Shown: piece by piece, positions 37,864 to 48,484 of the stretch
Position numbering within the stretch: the stretch's first letter is position 1
How the letters are laid out: each line of letters begins with the position of its first letter
DNA from: Sphaerochaeta sp.
Lineage (GTDB): Bacteria > Spirochaetota > Spirochaetia > Sphaerochaetales > Sphaerochaetaceae
Assembly (NCBI GenBank): GCA_050252715.1
Contig: JBFWKK010000001.1
Coordinates: 4,256 to 68,255, forward strand
Reading direction: 5' to 3'
DNA length: 64,000 nucleotides
Translations under genes and position numbers: made by a program
Notes under the pieces: model-generated
What the model was told of the DNA's origin: nothing
What the model saw: only the letters and a program-made list of their open reading frames with translations
Database searches by the model: none

Positions 37864-38895
37864 TTGGAACGATACAAACAACCGCTTGCTGACAACCATA
37901 CCCTGGAGGTCTACAACCATGATCAGCTGATCTTCACAGAGAATGGACATTGGCTCACACCACTGTTCGCATTCGAGCAGTTTCTCGAGACCTACAGCGG
38001 GAAGAAAGACTGCCTGAGCGCACATGATACTGCTGCAGGAAAAGCTGCAGCCCTGCTCATGGCACGATTGGGGATTAGACGAGCCCATATCAACCTCATC
38101 AGCGAACTTGCCATCGCCCACTATCAAATGCATGGAATTGAAATCTCTTACGAAAAAAGAATAGAGCGTCTGCAGTGCAAGACAGAAGAGCTGCTTGGTC
38201 AGATGCATGACGAAGAGCAGATGTACCGTATACTTCGAAAAAGGGCAAAACTGGTCAGAGGGGTCTCTCTCAGGGTTGAGGACATCTCATTCAGCTACCC
38301 AGACCAAAAAGCGATTCTGAAGGATCTCTCCTTCCATCTAGAGGAAGGTGAACGATTGCTCATACAGGGTGACAATGGGATGGGAAAAACCACGCTGCTC
38401 TCAATCCTGATGGGGAAACTCTCTCCTACAAAGGGAACCGTCCTCATCGGAGAAAAACCCATCGAACAGTTGGAGAAACGCACCATCGGTTATATTCGTC
38501 AGCAAGGACAGGAACAGCAGTTTCCGGTCTCTGTTCGTGAAGTGGTAGCCATGGCCTGTGATCCAAAACTCTCCAAGGAAGAAAAGACGTGGGAGATTGA
38601 CACAGCCTTGAGGAGAACCAAGATAGAGCATCTTGCAAAACGAAACTTCTTCACCCTAAGCGGGGGTGAGCGACAGAAAGTGGCACTCTCGAGAACCCTC
38701 TGTCAGAAAGCCCGACTTCTCTTGCTCGATGAACCAACCTCTTTTCTGGATGCAAAGAGCCGTGAAACCCTTGTTGATATCCTGCAGAGCATGACCGTGG
38801 GAGAGATGCCCACCATCATTATCGTAACCCACGACAAGGCACTTGAACAGGATCTGCTCTGGCCTACACTCCGTCTGGGAGGTGATCATGATTGA
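37864..38895 (+). CDS. DUF1893 (TM1506-like) domain fused to a ZnuC-like ABC ATPase
   Basis: N-term D...GKAAALLM...ISE.A...HGI..SY...C..E; C-term GDNGMGKTT, LSGGERQ, LLLDEP, VTH; TTG start after GGAG. Confidence 0.8.
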   Translation: MERYKQPLADNHTLEVYNHDQLIFTENGHWLTPLFAFEQFLETYSGKKDCLSAHDTAAGKAAALLMARLGIRRAHINLISELAIAHYQMHGIEISYEKRIERLQCKTEELLGQMHDEEQMYRILRKRAKLVRGVSLRVEDISFSYPDQKAILKDLSFHLEEGERLLIQGDNGMGKTTLLSILMGKLSPTKGTVLIGEKPIEQLEKRTIGYIRQQGQEQQFPVSVREVVAMACDPKLSKEEKTWEIDTALRRTKIEHLAKRNFFTLSGGERQKVALSRTLCQKARLLLLDEPTSFLDAKSRETLVDILQSMTVGEMPTIIIVTHDKALEQDLLWPTLRLGGDHD

Positions 38896-39703
38896 TTTTC
38901 TGTATGCGATCTCTCTCCCTCCGGTTACCAAGGGATTGCTCGCCATGGCTATTGCTGGACTCTGTTTCCCTGCAAGTGGGGTCATGGTCCTTCGCCTCGA
39001 TCTGGTTCCCATGCGCTATATGTTGATGCATGGAGTGATTCTGGGAGGTGCAATCTCCTTGGCACTCTCGCTTCCCCTGCTACCGGTCAGTATTGCACTG
39101 AATATTATACTGGTATTGGCCATGATGCATCTTGCCAAGGATACCCGCCACGGCTTCGGCCTTGCCAGTGCTGCCGCAATGGTCTTCACCATGGCAGCCG
39201 CCTCACTCGTGATGCACCTGTGGGATGTTCCGGCCAAGGATACCCTGCAACTCTTGTGGGGAAGTCCCTTTGCCCTTAGCTGGGCGGATATCGCTGTCTT
39301 GATTGCCATAGCGGTTATCCTGGTAACCTATCTTTTGACCAGCTTCAGAACCATCAGTGCCATTTTCTTTGACCAGGAGATAGCCTGGTCACTCGGTATG
39401 CCAGTGAAAGCGCACTACACGGCAATGGTCTTGGTCATTGCCATGGTCATCGCCTTTTCCATGAAACTGCTTGGGGCACTGCTTATCGATGCCCTGCTTA
39501 TCCTTCCCGTCCTGGTGGCAGGGAAACGCGCACAAAGCTTAAAGCAGCTGCTGCTCTACTCCTGCCTGATCGGGCTCTTTGTTTCTACCTTCGGATTTTT
39601 GGCAGCCATTGCCACCGACTTGCCTCCCAGTGGAACGGTCGCACTGCTTTCGGCTCTGCTGTTCATCATACCTACTACCCATAAGAAAGGAGTATCTTCA
39701 TGA
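38888..39703 (+). CDS. Metal (Zn/Mn-type) ABC transporter permease
   Basis: ABC-3 features: H..I.G, LLWGS, FDQE.A..LG, GALLIDALLILP, DLPPSG. Confidence 0.88.
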   Translation: MIDFLYAISLPPVTKGLLAMAIAGLCFPASGVMVLRLDLVPMRYMLMHGVILGGAISLALSLPLLPVSIALNIILVLAMMHLAKDTRHGFGLASAAAMVFTMAAASLVMHLWDVPAKDTLQLLWGSPFALSWADIAVLIAIAVILVTYLLTSFRTISAIFFDQEIAWSLGMPVKAHYTAMVLVIAMVIAFSMKLLGALLIDALLILPVLVAGKRAQSLKQLLLYSCLIGLFVSTFGFLAAIATDLPPSGTVALLSALLFIIPTTHKKGVSS

Positions 39704-40476
39704 AAAGAAATGTATTGTCTTTGATTATCGTTCTGTTTGTCCTTGGCACCATCACCGCCCAAGGTGTACCGGAAGAAGTTGCTGCATCCAGTGCTTCCCA
39801 CCCTGCTTCCATCGTTGCAAGCACCAGTTGGACAGCTGCCTTTGCTGATCTTGGAGGGCTTGATGAGGTCACTTTCATTGCACCAGCAACCCTCACACAT
39901 CCACCTGAGTATGAGATTACAGTCAGTGATGTGGTAAAAATCAACCACGCAGACTACTTCATCTTTGCTGGCTATGAGCGGATGATGCAGAGCATGGGGG
40001 ATGCAATCAAGAAGGAAGAGGGAACAATGGTGAAGATCACCACAACCAATGACATCCTGAATGTGAAGAAGCAGGCCGAATTACTTGCAGAGCTTATGGG
40101 CACCCAAGAGCAAAGCGAAGAGAGGCTTGCAAGCTACATCAATACCATCAATGATGGCGCAGAAAAGGCAAAGAATCAGGGCCTTACTGAGATGAAGGTA
40201 TACTGCCACGCCATGCAGGTCTATCTTGCAGAGGATTTGGGACTGCAGATTGCTGGAACCTATGGCCCGGGGCCGGTGACTGCACAACAGATCAGTGAGG
40301 TTGCCAAGGGAGACTACCAGATCATCATCGACAATATCCACAATCCTATTGCCGGTCCTTTGATGGAGGTATCCCCTTCAGCAAAGCTGGTTGTCTGGAG
40401 GAACTTCCCTGAGAAGGGAGGAAGAGGCAGCCTGGAAGAGATGGTTAGGGAGAATATAAACGCACTGTTGAAGTAG
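39700..40476 (+). CDS. Metal ABC transporter substrate-binding protein (ZnuA/TroA-like)
   Basis: Signal peptide, IVASTSW, HPPEYEIT.SDV.KI..AD. Confidence 0.8.
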   Translation: MKRNVLSLIIVLFVLGTITAQGVPEEVAASSASHPASIVASTSWTAAFADLGGLDEVTFIAPATLTHPPEYEITVSDVVKINHADYFIFAGYERMMQSMGDAIKKEEGTMVKITTTNDILNVKKQAELLAELMGTQEQSEERLASYINTINDGAEKAKNQGLTEMKVYCHAMQVYLAEDLGLQIAGTYGPGPVTAQQISEVAKGDYQIIIDNIHNPIAGPLMEVSPSAKLVVWRNFPEKGGRGSLEEMVRENINALLK

Positions 40477-40486
40477 AAAACAGGAT

Positions 40487-40510
40487 GAGAGCCACCAAAC
40501 GGTGGCTCTC
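40487..40510. terminator. Hairpin between convergent operons
   Basis: GAGAGCCACC-AAAC-GGTGGCTCTC. Confidence 0.7.
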
Positions 40511-40518
40511 TCTTAATC

Positions 40519-41337
40519 TTAGGCGTAATATGCGCTGTAGGTCCCTTTCAAGAAGCTGACAGTTCTTTTTGCTGCTGTCTCTGGATCCGGGTAGGGAAGT
40601 ATTTCAGCTGTGGTCCAACCATCGTAGCCGATGGAGCTTAATGCTGTGAAAATCTCATCCCAATCCATATGACCATCACCGGGGGCATGACGATTGGTAT
40701 CGGCAAAGTGTACATACCGTACATACTCCTTGTTCCGGATAAAGCTCTCACCAATGTGGTCATCCTCGATATTCATGTGGAACACATCGGGCATCATGAC
40801 AAAGTTCTTCCGGTTGATTTTCTTCAAGAGTGCCGAGCATTCATCCAGATTGTTGATGAAGTCGATCTCGTAGCGGTTTACCGGTTCGAGGATCAGTTCA
40901 ACTCCTCGCTTTTCAGCATGGTCGGCAACGTTGTGTGCCATATCCAAGAAGAGTTCCTCAACAAAGGAGGGATCACGAGAAGCGATAGGGCCCCTCGTCC
41001 TCCCGATATTCACCAGGCCACCGAAGTCAGCCGCCAGATCAATAAAATCACAGAAGTTCTGGTATAGTTCCTTGCGGTTTTCCTTGTTCTCATCGGTGAA
41101 ATAGAGATTTCTTGCCGCAAAGACCTGCCCACTTGAGATGGCGCTGACCTCAAGGCTGTTCTCTCGCAACCACTGCTGAAGGTCGTTCTTGGATACTTCA
41201 TCCGGTCGCTTGAGTGCAAGCTCCACACCATCATATCCCAATTCATGGGCCTTGATGATCGACTCCTTCACCCCGCGAAAGACCACAAAAGCATTAGGCA
41301 TTGCCTCTTTTCCGGCAATGGCTACAGATAGTTTCAT
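40519..41337 (-). CDS. Sugar phosphate isomerase/epimerase (AP endonuclease 2 fold, ketose 3-epimerase/IolO-like)
   Basis: GYDGVEL, LEPVNRYE, D.FHMNIE, VHFADTNR.APG.GH, GY.G....E. Confidence 0.88.
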   Translation of the reverse strand: MKLSVAIAGKEAMPNAFVVFRGVKESIIKAHELGYDGVELALKRPDEVSKNDLQQWLRENSLEVSAISSGQVFAARNLYFTDENKENRKELYQNFCDFIDLAADFGGLVNIGRTRGPIASRDPSFVEELFLDMAHNVADHAEKRGVELILEPVNRYEIDFINNLDECSALLKKINRKNFVMMPDVFHMNIEDDHIGESFIRNKEYVRYVHFADTNRHAPGDGHMDWDEIFTALSSIGYDGWTTAEILPYPDPETAAKRTVSFLKGTYSAYYA

Positions 41338-41401
41338 AGTATATATACTCCATTGAAGGAAAAACAGGACACCCTTGGTGCCCTGTTCTTCTCTGTTCTC
41401 G

Positions 41402-42679
41402 TTACATCGCCTTGATCAGGGAGAGATCCCCAGTGGCAGCTGCCCGAAGCAGTGGTTCCATATAGGTGTCCACATCAGAGCTGGTCATGGGAACCGGCAT
41501 GTTCTGCAGTTTCATGGCAAGCTGTGGATCCTTGGCGGCATTCAGCGCACGCTCAATGTGGGCCTCACTGAATCCCTTCAAATCGTTGAGCTTGCTGGGA
41601 GCCTTGATTGACTTGCTGAATGCAATCATGGCCTCAGCAACTGCAACGGCAAGGTCCTCACCTTCCAGGTTCTCAATCGATGAGCCGAATCCAAACTCGG
41701 AGAAGATGGACCCAACAACCTTCAGCTGCTTCTGTATTGCCTTGGAGTAGAGCACTGCATAGTAGGGGTTCATGATCCCACAGGCAGTTCCGTGGCTTAC
41801 AATATCCACCAAGGAGAAGCTGGTCAGGTGCGCACCGCTGGTTCCCCCGATCATGATGGCATAGCCACCGAGGTCGGTTGCAAGTCCGATGGCCTCACGA
41901 GCCTTCACGTTCTTGGGATCGTCGACCAACACCTTTGCATACTCAGCTACCAGGCTGATTGCACACTCTGCAATCTCACGAGCCTTTTCATAGGTCTCTT
42001 CCTTGGCACCACAGAACACCTCGAAGGTGTGTGCGATTGCATCAAGAGCACCGTCGATGGTTACACTGATCGGCATGCTGACCGTTGTCTCATAGTCGAA
42101 CAGGCCAACAGTCGGGACGACTGCGTTGTCCACGATAAGCTTCTTCTGTCCTGCCACAGGATCGGTGACGTTGGAGTACTTAGTCAGGTGGGCACCACTG
42201 GAAGCACTGGTCTGCACTGCAATGACGGGAATGAGGGAGGAGCCAGTCTCCTTGAGCGCATCGCTTACCACATTAGTCCCAAAGTAGTGGTCTATCTCAG
42301 GGGTAACCTTTGCACCAAGGGTAGCCAGTGCATTGGCTGCCTTCACCGCGTCAATTGCCGAGCCACCACCGATGACTACAATGACATCCGGCTTGGTGTG
42401 CAGGATATAGGACTCCAAGCGATATACATCCTCACGGGGTGCATTCGGCTTTGCATCCGGGGCAATCATGTTCCCTGCAAGCTCAACACCACTTGCGTTG
42501 AGGTAGGAGACAACCTTGTCTGCTACCGGTTTCATATATGTGGTATTGCTCACCACCAGGGCACGCTTGCCGAACTTGGCGGCAAGGGGACCTACCTGAT
42601 CGAGTACTCCCAGTCCGTGGACATATGAGTCCCCTTTCCATTCATTCAAGAGTGTATAGGCACGTTTCATCTGATCCAT
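41402..42679 (-). CDS. Iron-containing alcohol dehydrogenase family
   Basis: GGGSAIDAVKA, DAIAHTFE, H...SHG metal ligands. Confidence 0.85.
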   Translation of the reverse strand: MDQMKRAYTLLNEWKGDSYVHGLGVLDQVGPLAAKFGKRALVVSNTTYMKPVADKVVSYLNASGVELAGNMIAPDAKPNAPREDVYRLESYILHTKPDVIVVIGGGSAIDAVKAANALATLGAKVTPEIDHYFGTNVVSDALKETGSSLIPVIAVQTSASSGAHLTKYSNVTDPVAGQKKLIVDNAVVPTVGLFDYETTVSMPISVTIDGALDAIAHTFEVFCGAKEETYEKAREIAECAISLVAEYAKVLVDDPKNVKAREAIGLATDLGGYAIMIGGTSGAHLTSFSLVDIVSHGTACGIMNPYYAVLYSKAIQKQLKVVGSIFSEFGFGSSIENLEGEDLAVAVAEAMIAFSKSIKAPSKLNDLKGFSEAHIERALNAAKDPQLAMKLQNMPVPMTSSDVDTYMEPLLRAAATGDLSLIKAM

Positions 42680-42691
42680 ACAAGTATCTCC

Positions 42692-43609
42692 TTATTTGCA
42701 AAGTTTTTTCGCGCGTTCTGCAATATTTTCTGCGCTGATACCATATTTTGCCAAAAGCGGTTCATAGGGACCGGTCTCAGTAAATACATCTTCAATTCCT
42801 ATAGCATCAAATCTACAGGATATTCCTTCTTTCATAAAGGCCTCACTCACGGCACTGGAAAAACCACCAAAGAGTACATGTTCTTCGACACAAAGGAGTT
42901 TTCCGGTCTTTTCCACACTGTCTTTGAGCGCCTGAACATCGAGCGGTTTAACAACCGGTACACTCAATACCTCAGCAGTAATGCCTTCCTTCTTGAGCAG
43001 TGCAGCTGCTTCATTTGCATAGCGTGCGGTGATTCCATTTGCTGCGATTGTCACATCACTACCGCTTGTCGTGCAGACCGTACCAATCTTCTCTGAAGCA
43101 GGAAGATCAGGAATTGCATTTCTGTTAAGACGGATGTATACAGGCCCACTTTGCTCTAATGCATACTCCAATGCCTGCTCAGCCTGTTTTGCATCACCAG
43201 GAACGATAACCTGCATGTTCGGTAGTGCTCTCATGATGGCAATGTCTGTTATTGCTTGATGGCTTGCTCCATCAAAGGAGTCGGAAAGCCCACCATAAGC
43301 TCCTGCGATAATAACCGGAAGGTTGTTGTAGCAGATGGTGTTACGGATCTGGTCGGTAGCCTTCAAGGCAAGGAATATTGCAAACGCATTGACTACCGGG
43401 TGGTATCCAGAGGTGGCCATACCGGCTGCAATATCGACCATGTTTGCCTCAGCCACTCCCACGTTGTAGAAACGATCCGGGAAAGCTTTACCAAAATAGG
43501 CACTCTTGGTGGAAGAGGATACATCTGCATCAAAGACCACCAACTCGGGATGGGTTGCACCCAGCTCGGCAAGTTTCTTGCCAAAAGCATCTCTCATAGC
43601 CTCGCTCAT
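42692..43609 (-). CDS. Transketolase, C-terminal subunit
   Basis: MRDAFG, DADVSSST, NVGVAEANM, DGASHQ, EEH. Confidence 0.92.
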   Translation of the reverse strand: MSEAMRDAFGKKLAELGATHPELVVFDADVSSSTKSAYFGKAFPDRFYNVGVAEANMVDIAAGMATSGYHPVVNAFAIFLALKATDQIRNTICYNNLPVIIAGAYGGLSDSFDGASHQAITDIAIMRALPNMQVIVPGDAKQAEQALEYALEQSGPVYIRLNRNAIPDLPASEKIGTVCTTSGSDVTIAANGITARYANEAAALLKKEGITAEVLSVPVVKPLDVQALKDSVEKTGKLLCVEEHVLFGGFSSAVSEAFMKEGISCRFDAIGIEDVFTETGPYEPLLAKYGISAENIAERAKKLCK

Positions 43610-44496
43610 AGGGCGGCCTCCTTCTTTTCAATGTCAGCTTGCAGTTCAACCATACCCTTTGCATGGGAATCGTCGTCAATGACCGCCCCATGCCAGGTAT
43701 TCTTCCCTTCGGTGAAGGAAACACCCTTTCCTTTTATGGTGTTGTAGATGACAGCCTTGGGCCACTGTTCATCACTGTCCATCCAAGCGAATGACTCAAG
43801 CACCTCACTGGTGTTGTTTCCATCATAAAGCTTCTCAGCAACATTCCATCCAAAGGCCTTGAGTTTGTCCGCCAGCGGGCCAAGGGGCATAATGTCATCA
43901 GAAGTACCGTCAAGCTGGACCTTGTTGTAGTCAATCATCAGTACAAAATGCTTGGGCTTGAACTTTGCAGCACTCATGATTGCTTCCCAGCTCTGTCCCT
44001 CGTTCAGACACCCTTCCCCACTGATCACATAGGTCCAATAATCCTTTCCTGACTGGTTCGCAGCCAGAGCCATTCCCAATCCAATGGAAAGCCCATGCCC
44101 CAGAGCTCCGGTGGACATATCCACTCCAGGAAGGGTCTTCATACAAGGATGACCCTGCAACCGGGTATTGAGTGTACGAAAGGTTGGAAGTTCCTCAACC
44201 GGAAAAAACCCACGGTGGGCGAGCATGGTGTAGAGGTTCATGGAAGCATGTCCCTTGGAGAGCACCACACGGTCACGATCTTCCCATAAGGGATTGTCGC
44301 TCTTGATATTGAGACGATTGAAATAGAGGCACGTGGTCAGTTCGGCACTTGAAGCGGCTCCGCCCCAGTGACCTGTCCCACTACTGTGGAGAGTATCGAA
44401 CATCACGCTCCTGAAATATGCCGCCAAGAGGGCAAGTTCCTTCTCATTGAACTTACGATCACTCTCTTTGAGCAACTCCTTGACTGTTGTATTCAT
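43606..44496 (-). CDS. Transketolase, N-terminal (ThDP-binding) subunit
   Basis: GHWGG, DRVVLSKGHA, LQGHP, STGALGHG, GEGCLNEG.SWE, KGKG..WH. Confidence 0.92.
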   Translation of the reverse strand: MNTTVKELLKESDRKFNEKELALLAAYFRSVMFDTLHSSGTGHWGGAASSAELTTCLYFNRLNIKSDNPLWEDRDRVVLSKGHASMNLYTMLAHRGFFPVEELPTFRTLNTRLQGHPCMKTLPGVDMSTGALGHGLSIGLGMALAANQSGKDYWTYVISGEGCLNEGQSWEAIMSAAKFKPKHFVLMIDYNKVQLDGTSDDIMPLGPLADKLKAFGWNVAEKLYDGNNTSEVLESFAWMDSDEQWPKAVIYNTIKGKGVSFTEGKNTWHGAVIDDDSHAKGMVELQADIEKKEAAL

Positions 44497-44783
44497 CTAG
44501 GAAACTCCTTCATATGTTGCAGGCTTGGTTCCCCAAGAAGGACTGCATTGTGTACTGTATACAATATTGATACCATGGAGAGCAAATCTTGTCAAAGGGA
44601 TTCTTGTACTTCTTCTGATTTTATTGAAAATATAGTGTATTTATAACTAATTACCAAGAAATCTCTGTTCATTTCACCCCCCAAAAATAGGGGGAAATGA
44701 AGAAAACGTTTTTTGTACACAATTAACATTGACGAATGGAAAAATTCCTTCTACAGTAGTATTAGTAACTGGGGGTACAAGGT

Positions 44784-45434
44784 ATGCCTAAATGTATACA
44801 AAACAGTCTTTCGGACCAAGTCTATACCATGCTCAAGGATCAGATTCTCTCTGGTCAGCTTAAGGGAGGGATGAAAATTCCCGAGGAAACCTTGGCTGAA
44901 CAGTTCGGGGTTTCCAGAACCCCGATCAGAGAAGCGATCAGACGATTGGCAGAGTATGGACTGGTGACCATCAAACCAAGGAGTCATGCAGTTGTCTCGC
45001 TTATCTCTCCACAAGAAGCAGACGATATTGCCAAGGTGCGTGTGACATTGGAACAACTTGCCATCGATTCAATTGACGAGGAGGCATACGCAGAGAATGT
45101 ACGGGAACTCTCCCGGTACGCTGCCGATTGCCAGTATGCGATGGGAATCGGGGACAGAGCCACCGTTTTTGAACAGGATAGCCTATTCCACCTTGCCTTG
45201 GTAAAAGCAAGCAGAAACAAGGCCCTGATCAATATCTGCGAACGACTCGATGCCAAAATCCAGCAGCTTCGAATTGCCCAAAACCTTCCTGATGATGAGC
45301 TTGCCTTTTATCTTGGTCAGCATGCCCAAATGATGAGCCTCTTGAAAACCGGACAGAAGGAAGCCTGCAAGCATCTGCTGTACGAGCACATCACCCATGA
45401 CCTTACCAGCCATCTCCAGAAGGATACCGTATGA
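44784..45434 (+). CDS. GntR family regulator (FCD domain)
   Basis: E..LAEQFGVSRTPIREA, D..FH..LV.ASRN. Confidence 0.92.
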   Translation: MPKCIQNSLSDQVYTMLKDQILSGQLKGGMKIPEETLAEQFGVSRTPIREAIRRLAEYGLVTIKPRSHAVVSLISPQEADDIAKVRVTLEQLAIDSIDEEAYAENVRELSRYAADCQYAMGIGDRATVFEQDSLFHLALVKASRNKALINICERLDAKIQQLRIAQNLPDDELAFYLGQHAQMMSLLKTGQKEACKHLLYEHITHDLTSHLQKDTV

Positions 45435-46531
45435 AGAAAGAAGACATCATCATCACCTATGGCTCTGATGCCTCCTCCATGACTCGTGCAATCTTGGAAA
45501 CCATCGATATTGAATCACTGATTCCCGATAAGCATGCAACCATTGCCCTGAAACCCAATCTGGTGGTTGCAGTAACCGCTGATACCGGGGCGACCACCCA
45601 CCCTGAGATTCTCATCTCCATCATCACATTTCTGCAGGAGAGGGGGTATCACAACATCTCAATCGTGGAAAGTGCCTGGGTTGGGGATTCCACCAAGGAA
45701 GGGTTCAAGGTCAACGGGTACAACCAGATCAGCAAGCAGTACAAAGTCCCTCTTGTTGATGTAAAGAGTGACTCCTATGAGAAGAGAACCGTGGAAGGAA
45801 TCACCATGGAGGTCAGCAAGACTATTCTGGAAACCGACTTTGTGATCAGCTTGCCGGTACTCAAGGGGCACTGCCAGACAGCAATGACCTGTGCCTTGAA
45901 AAACATGAAGGGTTGTCTCAGTGACCGCAGCAAACGGTTATTTCACTCACTTGGCCTACACCGCCCCATTGCAGATCTCAATGTGGTACGCGCAGCAGAC
46001 TTGGTGATCGTTGACAGTCTCAATGGCGATCTCGATTTCGAGGAGGGAGGAAACCCTGTTGAGACAAACAGGATGTTTGCCTGCCGTGACAGTGTTCTCT
46101 GTGACAGCTTTGGAGCATCCCTCATGGGCTTTGAACTGAAGGATGTCCCGTATATCCAGATGGCGGAATCCCTTGGTGTTGGAACAACAGACCTTGAGAA
46201 AGCCAACATCATACAACTGAATGAACCAAGCGATGAGCCGGTAGCCAGACCAACCGGTAGGGCAAACTACCTTGGTCGCTATACAGAACCGGATAGTGCT
46301 TGCTCTGCCTGCTATGGAAATCTGATCCATGCCCTGAAGCGGCTTGACGAGGTCAACCGCTTGAAGAATCTCAACCACACCATCTGCATAGGACAAGGGT
46401 ACAAGGGCAAAGAGGACCCAACCAAGGTAGGAGTCGGCATCTGTACCAGGGGCTTGGGAAAGAGTCTTCCCGGTTGTCCTCCCAAGGCAATCGATATGAT
46501 CAAGTTCATCAAGGAACTGGATGCCGAATAA
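45431..46531 (+). CDS. DUF362 domain Fe-S protein
   Basis: LKPNLV, TTHP, LPVLKGH, T.ALKNMKG; C-terminal CSAC..C..GCPP. Confidence 0.85.
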   Translation: MKKEDIIITYGSDASSMTRAILETIDIESLIPDKHATIALKPNLVVAVTADTGATTHPEILISIITFLQERGYHNISIVESAWVGDSTKEGFKVNGYNQISKQYKVPLVDVKSDSYEKRTVEGITMEVSKTILETDFVISLPVLKGHCQTAMTCALKNMKGCLSDRSKRLFHSLGLHRPIADLNVVRAADLVIVDSLNGDLDFEEGGNPVETNRMFACRDSVLCDSFGASLMGFELKDVPYIQMAESLGVGTTDLEKANIIQLNEPSDEPVARPTGRANYLGRYTEPDSACSACYGNLIHALKRLDEVNRLKNLNHTICIGQGYKGKEDPTKVGVGICTRGLGKSLPGCPPKAIDMIKFIKELDAE

Positions 46532-46552
46532 GATACAGATTCATTGCTACTT

Positions 46553-46584
46553 AATACAAGGCACCCAAACGGGTGCCTTGTATT
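46553..46584. terminator. Hairpin between convergent operons
   Basis: 14-bp perfect stem AATACAAGGCACCC/GGGTGCCTTGTATT. Confidence 0.7.
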
Positions 46585-46601
46585 GGTGTTGTCTTCCTGA
46601 A

Positions 46602-47588
46602 CTATGTTAAAAGAGACCTAGCCAGGTCATCAATAACTTTCCAGTCCTCTCGTGAAAGTACAGCAGACAAGGCTGTACTGTTCTCCTCGATCTGCTCTGG
46701 CCTGCGAGCTCCGGTCAGTACATTCATGGTACCACTTACCTGCTTTGTCCAAGCAATGACCAAGGAAGCAATACTGAGCTCATACTTCCTGGAAAGGTTC
46801 TCTAGAGAGTCAAGCAGATGCAACACTTGGGGACGATGAACCTCGTCATACCAGGAAACAGACGCCTTTGCCGTTCCCACCACTTTGGTAGCAAGATTGA
46901 CGTTTCCGGTAAGCAAACCCCGCTCAAGAGGGCTATATGCCTGAAAGGTGATGTCATGCTCAGCACAGTAAGAAGCAAGTTCTTGTTTGCTTCGAGTAAG
47001 CAGGCTGAATCGCTCCTGTACCAGAGAAGGATTGCCAAACCTCTGGTACTCCTTGAGCTGCTCCTGTGTGAGATTACATGAACCATAGCTGCGTATCTTG
47101 CCCTCTGCAATCAATCGCTCCATGGTCTGAACAGTCTCTTCAATCGGTGTAAAGAAGGGAGGAATTGATTGCCAGTGTGTCAAGAGCAGATCAATATGGT
47201 CTGTCTCAAGCCGTTTCAGACTCTTCTCTACCTGTTCAATGATGCTGCCTGGGCTGAGATTACGCCGTATAACCACCCCATCACGACTCTTGTGTACCGA
47301 TCCCTCGTCCTCTGCTCCCCAGAGCAGGCCGCATTTGGTGGCCAGAATACACTCATTTCGTTTTTCCTTGAGAGCCTTGCCCAACAGTTCTTCACTGAGG
47401 CCATTCCCATAGGCAGGAGCAGTGTCAATGAAGTTGATACCCATCTCCAGAGCCCGATGCACGGTCTTGATGCTAGCCTTCTCATCACTGGGCCCCCAGC
47501 TATCCCCTCCTCCCATTGCCCAGGTACCAAGGGCTATGGGTGATACTTCCATGCTTGTATTTCCAAGTCTCACTACACCATCCTCCAT
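46602..47588 (-). CDS. Aldo/keto reductase
   Basis: LGTWAMGG, IDTAPAYG.G.SEE, ATKCG, YSPLERGLLTG. Confidence 0.93.
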   Translation of the reverse strand: MEDGVVRLGNTSMEVSPIALGTWAMGGGDSWGPSDEKASIKTVHRALEMGINFIDTAPAYGNGLSEELLGKALKEKRNECILATKCGLLWGAEDEGSVHKSRDGVVIRRNLSPGSIIEQVEKSLKRLETDHIDLLLTHWQSIPPFFTPIEETVQTMERLIAEGKIRSYGSCNLTQEQLKEYQRFGNPSLVQERFSLLTRSKQELASYCAEHDITFQAYSPLERGLLTGNVNLATKVVGTAKASVSWYDEVHRPQVLHLLDSLENLSRKYELSIASLVIAWTKQVSGTMNVLTGARRPEQIEENSTALSAVLSREDWKVIDDLARSLLT

Positions 47589-48484
47589 GCATCCAAGAGA
47601 GTCCTTTTTGCATTGGCTACCACCAGCTCAGCATCCTCCCCTGCCTGGGGTTTTACCTCAAAGGAGAGAATATTCCTTCCTCCTTGCTTGAGATAGCCGA
47701 TCTCCTTCAGTTTCTTCAAGAAGGAGGCAAGGTAGTCCGTGTCATTCTCCGAACCGGGATACCCAAAGCGTGGGTGGTTGTCCCCATAGCTGGGATGATT
47801 GGGATCACTGATGTAGGTATTGCCCACATGGACGTGTCGGATATAGTGCTTGATGGGATCAACGGCCTCATCAATACTCTCCCCGATCATGGGAATGTGG
47901 GAACAATCGATCATGATCCCAAAATTATCGTATTCCAAACAGACCGCCTCAACATACTTCTCAACCAAGGAAGAGGGACCTAGCAGTGATTTCTTGTCGA
48001 TGGTATGGTCAAAAACCTCCAGGACCACAGGCATGGAACCTTTGCTTTTTGCATAGGCACACAGTTCCTTTGTTGAGGCGGTCAATGCATCGAGATAGGA
48101 ATCTTCCTTCCCTTTCTCATACCCACGGGAAAGGAACTGGAACTCCTCACATCCCATCCTGTATGCCTCATCTATTCCCATCTTCAAAGTCTTGACGGCC
48201 TGCCTCCTCTCATCTTCATTCAAGCTATTGATATTCAGCTTCTTGGCAAAGAGACGGGAGTGCCCACTATAGGTGCTGACACAGTGTGCCGTCCTTACCA
48301 TGTGAGGTACTGTATCGTAGAGCGAGGGAAATGGAAGAGAACCCAACTCCATGACCTGAAAGAAGGGATCGACAAGCAATCTCTTGAGAGAGTCCTGATA
48401 GGCTTGTTCACTTTCTGAACAACCCGGGTAGGCCATGGAAACCACGATTCCCAATCTACAATAAGAATGAATATCTCTCTTCAT
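47573..48484 (-). CDS. Xylose isomerase-like TIM barrel protein
   Basis: LEVFD, DCSH, HVHVGN, YGDNHPRFG, SFEVKP metal-ligand pattern. Confidence 0.75.
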   Translation of the reverse strand: MKRDIHSYCRLGIVVSMAYPGCSESEQAYQDSLKRLLVDPFFQVMELGSLPFPSLYDTVPHMVRTAHCVSTYSGHSRLFAKKLNINSLNEDERRQAVKTLKMGIDEAYRMGCEEFQFLSRGYEKGKEDSYLDALTASTKELCAYAKSKGSMPVVLEVFDHTIDKKSLLGPSSLVEKYVEAVCLEYDNFGIMIDCSHIPMIGESIDEAVDPIKHYIRHVHVGNTYISDPNHPSYGDNHPRFGYPGSENDTDYLASFLKKLKEIGYLKQGGRNILSFEVKPQAGEDAELVVANAKRTLLDAWRMV

